Source: a bacterium (GTDB taxonomy: Bacteria; Patescibacteriota; Minisyncoccia; Phycocordibacterales; Phycocordibacteraceae). From it: a DNA stretch of 64,000 nt. A model generated the notes under the pieces. The model had not been told where the DNA came from and ran no database searches. It saw nothing but the letters and a program-made list of their open reading frames with translations. This document shows, in pieces, positions 54,430 to 62,148 of the stretch (its first letter is position 1; every line of letters starts with the position of its first letter). The stretch lies in assembly GCA_021836725.1 (NCBI GenBank), contig JAKBHL010000011.1, positions 18,210 to 82,209 on the forward strand, in the 5' to 3' direction. A program made the translations under genes and the position numbers.

Positions 54430-54801
54430 TACCAGGGTGTTTTGCTGGACAAAGTGCGGCCTCCGCCGCACATATTCTATTTCGGCCATTCATCCCCGCT
54501 GCAAAGCAGTCGGGGGATTCTGGCCGATTCCAGTAAAAATGTTCCACGTGGAACAATGGAAATAAAAAACCGCCCTAAGCGGTTGGATAAAAAAGGAGCG
54601 GGGGCGTAAATGATAGGTATCCAACCAGAGAATTAAGGGCGGTTTTTTAAACATCGGCGCTTTCACGTGGAACACCGTGCGCAGTCGTTTAGTGCGGATC
54701 GCCGCGGCGTAAGCAGGTGTCTCGCTGAGCGCACTGATAACGGACAGAACAACAAAGAACTTCCTGTCCTCAAATCAAGATATACCTGTAAAAGACAATG
54801 T

Positions 54802-54829
54802 AAAGGACACGTTGTGGATAATGTCCTTT
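54802..54829 (-). terminator. hairpin overlapping the xth stop codon (probable xth terminator); its loop carries a DnaA-box-like 9-mer
   Basis: aaaggaca-cgttgtggataa-tgtccttt, an 8-bp stem. The loop contains TGTGGATAA (54813-54821). Confidence 0.45.
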
Positions 54830-55598
54830 AGAGTGCGAGCGTTACCGAAAGAGGGCAGTGATCCGAACCGTATATGTCGGCATGGATTTCAGCTTTTTTT
54901 ACATGCCGCATGAATTCATTTGCAACAAAAAAATAATCAATACGCCAGCCGACATTTCGATCGCGTGCATGGGTCTTCATATCCCAATACGTATACGCAT
55001 GCGCCATATGGGGGTGGAAATGACGAAATGAATCGATATAGCCGGTTCGCACCACTTCGTCGATCCATGCACGTTCTTCGGGAAGAAAGCCCGTATTCCC
55101 TTCATTTTCTTTCGGGCGCGCGAGGTCGATCACTTCGTGGGCGGTATTCACATCTCCGCAAAATATGACCGGTTTCTTTTCGCGGAGTTTCTCCGCGAAT
55201 GCGAGAAAGGCGTCATAGAAGCGCATTTTGTAATCAAGCCGTTCGGGGCCTTGCCCCCCGTTGGGGAAGTACGCGTTCAACAACCAGAAATCCTCATATT
55301 CCGCTCCCACGAGCCGCCCCTCCCGGTCGAACTCTTTGATGCCCATGCCATAGATGACGAACAGTGGCTCGATTTTTGAATAAATCGCGACGCCGCTATA
55401 GCCTTTTTTGACCTGCGCGGAAGAAAAGAAAGAGGAGAAACCGGCGCCATCGCGCATGGCATCCGGAACTTGTTCCGGGTTCGCCTTAGTCTCTTGCAAG
55501 CAGAATATATCGGGCTTCGTTCCTTTCAAAAACGCTTCCCAATAGCCGTTTTTCCCGAGCGATCGGATCCCGTTCACGTTCCAAGAGACGATTTTCAT
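54828..55598 (-). CDS. xth: exodeoxyribonuclease III
   Basis: MKIVSWNVNGIRS...FCLQETK...GDVNTAHE...SDHCPLSV. Confidence 0.95.
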   Translation of the reverse strand: MKIVSWNVNGIRSLGKNGYWEAFLKGTKPDIFCLQETKANPEQVPDAMRDGAGFSSFFSSAQVKKGYSGVAIYSKIEPLFVIYGMGIKEFDREGRLVGAEYEDFWLLNAYFPNGGQGPERLDYKMRFYDAFLAFAEKLREKKPVIFCGDVNTAHEVIDLARPKENEGNTGFLPEERAWIDEVVRTGYIDSFRHFHPHMAHAYTYWDMKTHARDRNVGWRIDYFFVANEFMRHVKKAEIHADIYGSDHCPLSVTLAL

Positions 55599-55625
55599 GC
55601 GCGTATTGTATACCTTCCGTGCGTC

Positions 55626-56543
55626 CTACGCGCGATTTTTACCGTGATATTTCTTATGGATTTCGCGCAGATGCGTATCGGTGACATGAGTGTATATCTG
55701 GGTGGTATTGATCGAGGCGTGCCCGAGAAGCTGCTGGACAGAACGGATATCGGCGCCGTTGCTCAAAAGGTCGGTTGCAAAAGAATGGCGCAATACATGG
55801 GGCGTGACTTTTTTCGTGATCCCCGCTTTTGCCGCAGCGCGTTTGATGATACGTTCGATGGAACGAGGCGTAAGACGCGAAGGAATCTGGGTACCGGTTG
55901 GCATATTCACGAAGAGCGCGTCCGCCATATCCTTGCGCGCTTCGAGATAGGCGGCAATGGCGCTTCGAGCGGTATCGGAAAGGAAAACAACGCGCACTTT
56001 CTCGCCTTTGCCGCGTACCGAGAAGGAATCTCGCGTAAGATCAAGATCATTATCAAGCGCACAAAGTTCGGAAACGCGCAGCCCGGTTGAGAAAAGCGTC
56101 TCAAGTATCGCGGTATCGCGCAGATCCCTTTCCCCGACTCCCCGCGCGGATTTCAAGAGACGCTCAAGCTCAACGGGCGTTATGAGGTCGAGTTCACGCT
56201 CGGGGAGTTTTGCAAGCTCGATGCGTTCAGGAGAAATGCACTCGATCTCGCGCTTGCGCAAGAATTTTAGAAACGCACGAAGCGCGATCATGTAGTAATT
56301 CTGCGTTCGGCGCTTCATGCCGCCGCCGCCGGCACCCGGTTGGCGGTTCAGCCATTGGCGGAACTCGCGTATGTTCTGCTCGGTGATATCGGTGACTCTC
56401 GCAACGCCGGTCTGCGCGAAATAACGCGTCAGATAATGATCATAATTCTCGATGGTTTTCACCGCGCGCCCCCGCTCAATCTCGATGTATTCGAGAAATT
56501 GCCGTTTCGCAGCCTCAGCTTCCATCGAAACAGTATAACGCAC
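55626..56543 (-). CDS. xerC: tyrosine site-specific recombinase (XerC/XerD-like)
   Basis: N-terminal SAM-like domain (...YLTRYF...), catalytic RHxxR...Y (VTPHVLRHSFATDLL...IYTHV). The start may be at the downstream Met (56525). Confidence 0.85.
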   Translation of the reverse strand: MRYTVSMEAEAAKRQFLEYIEIERGRAVKTIENYDHYLTRYFAQTGVARVTDITEQNIREFRQWLNRQPGAGGGGMKRRTQNYYMIALRAFLKFLRKREIECISPERIELAKLPERELDLITPVELERLLKSARGVGERDLRDTAILETLFSTGLRVSELCALDNDLDLTRDSFSVRGKGEKVRVVFLSDTARSAIAAYLEARKDMADALFVNMPTGTQIPSRLTPRSIERIIKRAAAKAGITKKVTPHVLRHSFATDLLSNGADIRSVQQLLGHASINTTQIYTHVTDTHLREIHKKYHGKNRA

Positions 56544-56599
56544 GCAATATTGTGCGACACTTGCATATATGGATAAGCCGTGGTAAGGTAGTGAAATCC

Positions 56600-56866
56600 A
56601 TGCTTACCACAAAGAAAAAGGCGGCAATCATAAAGAATACCGCCCGTCATGACGCGGACACCGGTTCTCCGGACGTGCAGGTCGCGCTTCTTTCGAAACA
56701 AATTGACGAGCTCGCCAAGCATCTCAAGAAGAACCCGAAAGATTTTCACTCGCGCCGCGGCCTTCTCCAGATGGTCGCCGATCGCCGGACGCATTTGCGC
56801 TACCTTGAGACGAACGACAAGCGCCGCTACAGCGCGATCGTAAAAAAGCTCGGTCTCAAGAAGTAA
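56600..56866 (+). CDS. rpsO: 30S ribosomal protein S15
   Basis: MLTTKKKAAIIKNTARHDADTGSPDVQVALLSKQIDELAKHLKKNPKDFHSRRGLLQMVADRR... Confidence 0.9.
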   Translation: MLTTKKKAAIIKNTARHDADTGSPDVQVALLSKQIDELAKHLKKNPKDFHSRRGLLQMVADRRTHLRYLETNDKRRYSAIVKKLGLKK

Positions 56867-57060
56867 GACTTTCTAAAAGCTTCATCTGCGGCGTTGCGGG
56901 TCCCGAAGATTTTCTCGCCGTACATCAGAGTACGTCTCCGAAAATCTTCCTCCCGCGCCTTGCATCTAAAGCTTTTCGAGAAGTCTTTAGAAGGCGGGGA
57001 AGTGGTAGAATGGTCGTAGGCAGGTATTTTATTATTTCGTTTTCATAAGTACTTATTTTT

Positions 57061-57576
57061 ATGGCAGTCATCAAACATCCGGCGCAGCGCGTAGGAGTGT
57101 TCATCGATACCCAGAACCTCTACCACAGCGCCAAGCACCTCTATAAGGCGCGCGTTAATTTCGGTAAAATCCTCGAGGAGGCCGTCGGCGGCCGCATTCT
57201 CGTGCGCGCTATCGCCTACGTCATTTCAACCGAAAGCGGCGAGGAGAAAAACTTCTTCGAAGCGCTCACCAAGATGGGCATAGAGACGAAAGTGAAGGAT
57301 CTCCAGATATTCGCCGACGGCGCGAAGAAAGCCGACTGGGATGTCGGGCTCGCCATTGACGCGGTCAAGCTCGCGCCGAAACTCGATACGGTCGTCCTTG
57401 TGACCGGCGACGGCGACTTCATCCCGCTCATCCAATACCTCGACATGAATGAGGGGTGCCAAGTCGAAGTCATTTCCTTCGGGAAATCTTCCTCCGGCAA
57501 GCTGAAGGAAGCGGCGCATGCGTTCACTGACTTGTGCGACGATCCGCACAAGTTCACCATTGCGTCGCGCGGATAA
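57061..57576 (+). CDS. NYN/LabA-like domain protein (predicted PIN-like RNase)
   Basis: ...VGVFIDTQNLYHSAK...VLVTGDGDFIPLIQYL... is the NYN (DUF88) signature. It occupies the position downstream of rpsO where pnp usually sits. Confidence 0.7.
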   Translation: MAVIKHPAQRVGVFIDTQNLYHSAKHLYKARVNFGKILEEAVGGRILVRAIAYVISTESGEEKNFFEALTKMGIETKVKDLQIFADGAKKADWDVGLAIDAVKLAPKLDTVVLVTGDGDFIPLIQYLDMNEGCQVEVISFGKSSSGKLKEAAHAFTDLCDDPHKFTIASRG

Positions 57577-57596
57577 CTTGCCGCAGGGCGCATCGG

Positions 57597-58781
57597 ATGC
57601 GCTACTATAAGTACCAAATGGACACGAATGCATCCGTAGCGAACGACGTTCCCGAGGAAGAACAGCCGAAGAAGTATATTCGCACGTTCGAGAGCGATAT
57701 GGCGACCCTGCAAAAAGGCGGCGTTCCCGATCTCGCCCCGTTTGCAGGAAGTTCGACGGCGCCGAATGCCGCCGATCATCCGTTGCCAGCTGCGGAGACC
57801 CCGGCGGCTCCCGCGCAAACTCCTCCTCCGCCCGCGGCCATTCCCACTCTGGCGCCGAAGCCGGAACCGTTGCCGCGCCCCGAACCCGTTGCGCCGCCGC
57901 CTCCGGCGAAGCCCAATCCGGCTGAAACATACGCAAGTGATTTTTCAGACCGGATGAAAGAAGCCAACGCCTCAACCCTGACAGTGCTCGCGGCAGAGGA
58001 GGATTCGGCGCCGCGCGCAGCGCAGAAGACAGAACAGAAATCCGCCCATACCGGTCTCTACGTTTCCGTCAGCGTAGCGCTTCTTGTCGCGGGCGCGGCG
58101 GGCGTATACCTCGCCTATGCGCGCTATCACGCCAATACGGCGCCGGTCGCCATCGCGCCAGCGGTCGTGGCGCCAATATTCGTCGACGAACGCGAACAAG
58201 TCTCGGGTACGGGGTCCGTGCTTGCAAACGCAATCGAACAGTCGGTTACCCGTCCGGTGCAGGGTGTCGTCCGGCTCCTGTACCTCACAAACGCAACGAC
58301 CACGGACAATAACGTGTTCCTCGCACTCAATGTGCCGGCTCCCGATATCCTTCTGCGCAACGTGGATGCCATGGGCGGCATGGCCGGCGTCATAAATGTG
58401 AACGGCGCGCAAAGCCCATTTTTCATACTTTCCGTCGCCTCCTACAGCGATACGTTTGCCGGCATGCTTTCGTGGGAAAGCACGATGCCAGGCTCGCTCG
58501 CTGCGCTCTTTCCTCCTTATGCAAATACGACCGCGACGACGACCGCGACAACTACCCAGGCAACGAAACAAAAAACGGCGGCGACGGGCGCCCCCGGCCC
58601 GCAACAGGGTTTCCAGGATGAAATCGTGAGCAATCACGACGTGCGTGTCTATCGCGACGCCTCGGGACGGAGCATCCTCCTCTACGGCTACTGGAACCAG
58701 AGCACGCTTATCATCGCGCGCAATAGCGCGGCGTTTTCCGAGATAGTGCAGCGGCTCGCGACATCGCGCGCGCAAGGCTGA
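57597..58781 (+). CDS. hypothetical Pro-rich membrane-anchored protein
   Basis: Pro/Ala-rich N-terminal region and one TM (GLYVSVSVALLVAGAAGVYLAY). The start is uncertain. Confidence 0.5.
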   Translation: MRYYKYQMDTNASVANDVPEEEQPKKYIRTFESDMATLQKGGVPDLAPFAGSSTAPNAADHPLPAAETPAAPAQTPPPPAAIPTLAPKPEPLPRPEPVAPPPPAKPNPAETYASDFSDRMKEANASTLTVLAAEEDSAPRAAQKTEQKSAHTGLYVSVSVALLVAGAAGVYLAYARYHANTAPVAIAPAVVAPIFVDEREQVSGTGSVLANAIEQSVTRPVQGVVRLLYLTNATTTDNNVFLALNVPAPDILLRNVDAMGGMAGVINVNGAQSPFFILSVASYSDTFAGMLSWESTMPGSLAALFPPYANTTATTTATTTQATKQKTAATGAPGPQQGFQDEIVSNHDVRVYRDASGRSILLYGYWNQSTLIIARNSAAFSEIVQRLATSRAQG

Positions 58782-58804
58782 TACTCTGTTATCATCTGCG
58801 CACG

Positions 58805-59164
58805 ATGAATAAACTTATGAAAACCGAACATTTCAAGCAGAAGCTTTTGGCGGAGAAGGAAAAACTGGAGACGGAGATGGGAAGCGTCGGGCGCAAGAAT
58901 CCGGCGGTACCAAATGATTGGGAGCTTGCACCCTCTGAGACGGGCACGGAATCGGACATCATCGACCAAGCCGATGCGGTGGTGAGCCGCGAGAACAGCG
59001 CGGCAATCCTCGCCGACCTGGAAGCGCGATATGACACTATCCTTGAAGCTCTTGCAAGAATCGAGAAAGGAACATACGGGAAATGCGAGGTATGCGCTCA
59101 GGAAATAGAGGAAGCGCGCCTTGAAGCCGATGCCGCCAGCACGACCTGCGTCGCGCATTTATAA
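58805..59164 (+). CDS. DksA/TraR-family C4 zinc-finger protein
   Basis: Coiled-coil N-terminus and a C-terminal region ...GTYGKCEVCAQEIEEARLEA...C..H. Confidence 0.7.
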   Translation: MNKLMKTEHFKQKLLAEKEKLETEMGSVGRKNPAVPNDWELAPSETGTESDIIDQADAVVSRENSAAILADLEARYDTILEALARIEKGTYGKCEVCAQEIEEARLEADAASTTCVAHL

Positions 59165-59173
59165 CGCTCACTC

Positions 59174-60754
59174 GTGTCTGCACCGCCCTCAAAACGCGTG
59201 CCCAAACAAACGCATTCTTCCGCTCACACCGCGGTGGCAGGGCGCGGATATGCTAAAACGCTCGCCGCGCAGCCGGTCGGGGCGGGAGCGGAAATGGTCA
59301 GCGTCGAGGCCGATCTCATGCGCGGGCTGCACGCTTTCTCGATTGTAGGGCTTGCCGACAAGGCGGTGGAGGAAGCGCGCGACAGGATAAGCGCGGCGAT
59401 ACGCCACTGCGGTTACAAATCTCCCAAACAGCACAACAAGCGGATCGTACTGTCGCTTTCGCCCGCGGATCTGAAGAAAGAGGGTTCGCACTATGATCTT
59501 GCGCTTGCGCTCGCATACCTCATCGCGGCGGGCGACCTCGCGGCGCTTGCGGAAGAGACGCTCTTCATCGGCGAACTTGCTCTTGATGGGACGCTGCAAA
59601 CAGTGCGCGGCGTCCTCCCGCAGGTGCTTGCCGCCAAGCGTCGCGGTGTGAAGACGATCTTCGTTCCGCCGGGGAATGCGCGCGAAGCGCTTCTAGCCGA
59701 GGGAAGCGCCGTGTATGCGCCCGCATCGCTTTCGGAACTTTTGCGGCACTTGAAGGGCGAAAGACCCTTGCCGCGTCTTGTGCGCGACCGTCATGCGCCG
59801 CCTTCACCGGCCGCCATTGACCTAGGCGATATAAAAGGCCAGGAAAGCGCGAAGCGCGCGCTCGAGATAGCCGCTACCGGCCGACATAACATCGTCTTCT
59901 ACGGGCCGCCGGGCACCGGCAAGACCATGCTCGCCCGCGCACTCCCGGGCATCCTCCCGCCGCTCACCGACGATGAGGTGCTTGAGGTGACCGCCATACA
60001 TTCGACCGCGGGACTGCTCGGAGAGGGCGAGGCGATATACTGGCCCCCGTTTCGCGCGCCGCATCACTCGGTATCGCATGTGGCGATCGTGGGCGGCGGC
60101 ACCTTCCCGAAGGCGGGCGAGGTAACGCTCGCGCACAAAGGCGTGCTTTTTCTCGATGAATTCCCAGAATTCGAGTCCCGTTCGCTTGAGGCGCTGCGGC
60201 AGCCGCTTGAGGATCGTGTCGTTACCGTCTCGCGGGCGCGTGCGACCGTCACGTTCCCGGCCGATTGCATGATCGTCGCGGCGATGAATCCCGCGGACAC
60301 CCTCTCAGGCGATGCGCGGGTGGCAGAGCGCGCCGCGCTCAGGCAGGCGCGCCGCATCTCGCGGCCCATTGTCGACCGGCTCGATCTTTGGATCGAAGTG
60401 CCGCTCGTTCCGCATGATACGCTCGCAGAGCTTGCGCGCGGCGAGCCCTCCGCCCTTGTGCGGGAACGCGTCATCACGGCGCGCAAATTTTCCGAAAAGC
60501 GCGGCGGCGCATCGGGCGTGACAAATGCCGCGCTTACAAGCCGCGAGCTTGACGAGAAGAGCAATTTCAGCGCGGCGGCGAAAGAAGCGCTCACGAATGC
60601 CGCGGCACGGATGCATCTCTCGCCGCGCAGTTACCACCGCACCATGCGCGTTGCGCGCACCATCGCGGATCTCGCCGGCTCGCAGTCCGTCATGCCGGCC
60701 CACGTCCACGAGGCTTTGCAGTATCGTCCGCGCGGGCTGTTCCCGTCCGAGTGA
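59174..60754 (+). CDS. comM: Mg-chelatase-like AAA+ protein ComM/YifB
   Basis: Lon-like N-domain, then AAA+ ([35 protein letters not shown]), then a C-terminal domain. Confidence 0.9.
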   Translation: MSAPPSKRVPKQTHSSAHTAVAGRGYAKTLAAQPVGAGAEMVSVEADLMRGLHAFSIVGLADKAVEEARDRISAAIRHCGYKSPKQHNKRIVLSLSPADLKKEGSHYDLALALAYLIAAGDLAALAEETLFIGELALDGTLQTVRGVLPQVLAAKRRGVKTIFVPPGNAREALLAEGSAVYAPASLSELLRHLKGERPLPRLVRDRHAPPSPAAIDLGDIKGQESAKRALEIAATGRHNIVFYGPPGTGKTMLARALPGILPPLTDDEVLEVTAIHSTAGLLGEGEAIYWPPFRAPHHSVSHVAIVGGGTFPKAGEVTLAHKGVLFLDEFPEFESRSLEALRQPLEDRVVTVSRARATVTFPADCMIVAAMNPADTLSGDARVAERAALRQARRISRPIVDRLDLWIEVPLVPHDTLAELARGEPSALVRERVITARKFSEKRGGASGVTNAALTSRELDEKSNFSAAAKEALTNAAARMHLSPRSYHRTMRVARTIADLAGSQSVMPAHVHEALQYRPRGLFPSE

Positions 60755-60834
60755 TGCGCAATTAAAAACTTTGAATTACGAAACTCCATTTGCGACCGTC
60801 CGCAAGGCGCTGAGCTTGCTATTCGAGCTCGAGA

Positions 60835-61752
60835 CTACTGCGGGGAGCAGATGCTGCCGACCGGACATTGCGCAAAAGGATTTTTTGCGCCGCGGACTTC
60901 GAAATGGAGGTGTGGCCCGGTCGCCATGCCGGTCATACCGACATAGCCGATGACCTGACCGCCGAGAACCGCCTGCCCGGGCGAAACGATCGCATGGGTC
61001 ATGTGAGCATAGAGCGTCTCGGTATTGTTATCGTGAGTGATGACGACGTAGTTTCCGTAACCGCCATTCCAAGCGCCGTTGCTGCGCGCCACGATGACCG
61101 TGCCGCCCGCGGCTGCGTGGATCGGCGTACCGCGCGGGGCACCGATATCAACCGCGTTCCATCCGTGGATGGATTGTGTGATGATGCCGCCCGGCAGCGG
61201 ATTGTCATAATAACCGGGTTGAGCCGGGCCGCTGCCGCCAAGATAGGGTTCGTAGATGACGCGCCCCGACGAAAATCGTATCCCCGCTCCGGTCCTGGAC
61301 GGTATCGGCGTAGCGACTTCGCCTCCCGGGATTATGATTTTTGAACCGACAACGAGCGGCGTTTCCGGATCAAGGCCGTTGAATTGGGCGATTTCGGTCG
61401 CATCGGCCCGATACTTTTTCGCGATTGATTTGAGCGTATCGCCCTTCACGACCATATGCTCGATTCCGGAAACCGGCAGAATGATAAGCATATCGCCGGG
61501 GTGCACGTCCCGCGTGCTTTTGAGGTTGTTCGCCCATATGATGGTATTCACCGAAACGCCGAACATGTCGGCGATCTCAGAGAGCGTATCTCCCGGGCGT
61601 ACCTCATATACCGAGATGCGGTCCGGCGGGGCTACTTTCGAAATATCGGCGATCGTGCCGCCGGGGCCGCTGTAGGGAACGAGCGCAGAACCGTCGGAAG
61701 TCGCAAGCGCAAGCGGCGCGCCTATGTTCGGATCGGTATTCACCGCCGCCAC
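60835..61752 (-). CDS. LysM domain plus M23 (LytM-type) peptidase; start unresolved
   Basis: Two LysM repeats (YEVRPGDTLSEIADMFGV, MVVKGDTLKSIAKKY) and an M23 domain (HxxxD...GPHLHFEV). The frame stays open upstream through a TM helix with no in-frame ATG/GTG/TTG before the stop at 62014, so the true start is likely non-canonical. Confidence 0.7.
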   Translation of the reverse strand: MAAVNTDPNIGAPLALATSDGSALVPYSGPGGTIADISKVAPPDRISVYEVRPGDTLSEIADMFGVSVNTIIWANNLKSTRDVHPGDMLIILPVSGIEHMVVKGDTLKSIAKKYRADATEIAQFNGLDPETPLVVGSKIIIPGGEVATPIPSRTGAGIRFSSGRVIYEPYLGGSGPAQPGYYDNPLPGGIITQSIHGWNAVDIGAPRGTPIHAAAGGTVIVARSNGAWNGGYGNYVVITHDNNTETLYAHMTHAIVSPGQAVLGGQVIGYVGMTGMATGPHLHFEVRGAKNPFAQCPVGSICSPQ

Positions 61753-62148
61753 GAGCGCAGGCGTCGAGGCACTCGGGACAAACGCGTTCGTCGCCGCATC
61801 CGCGCTCGAGAACGGCCAAAAAGCATTCGCGCGATTCGGCAGAAGCGCTATCGAGAGGGCGACAACCGCGCATCCTGTGATGAACAGGGCGGCTTGTTCG
61901 AATACCCGATATATATCCCGTTTCGTGCACGTCCGCAGCGAATCGGGAAGTTTAGGTTTTGATTCGATAAGGGAAACGAGGGCTGTCGGCGGTTCCGCGC
62001 ATACAAAAATGGCTTACATACCCTGTATATAAGCCATTTCTTGAATACTTCCGTATCAGAAGATGTTGCTAATCTAACGCGAATTGCCCTTCAAATCAAC
62101 CCGGTTTCGTAAGGGTTGGGGAAATCGGCAAAATGCTACAGTGCTCAA

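Noticed and set aside
54272-54675. Two minus-strand ORFs both beginning MFHV(E/K)...
   Set aside because: Both arise from the repeated palindromic motif cacgtggaaca in the structured non-coding region. There is no RBS, no conservation logic, and they overlap hairpins.
54364-54827. Identification of this region as RNase P RNA or tmRNA
   Set aside because: A gaagctgac start and a ggacaaagtgcggcctcc segment vaguely resemble RNase P P1/P4. However, no complementary 3' P4 strand (acagaa-ccgcacuu) and no tmRNA tRNA-like 3' end (ggttcga.tcc...ctccacca) could be found, so no specific RNA is called.
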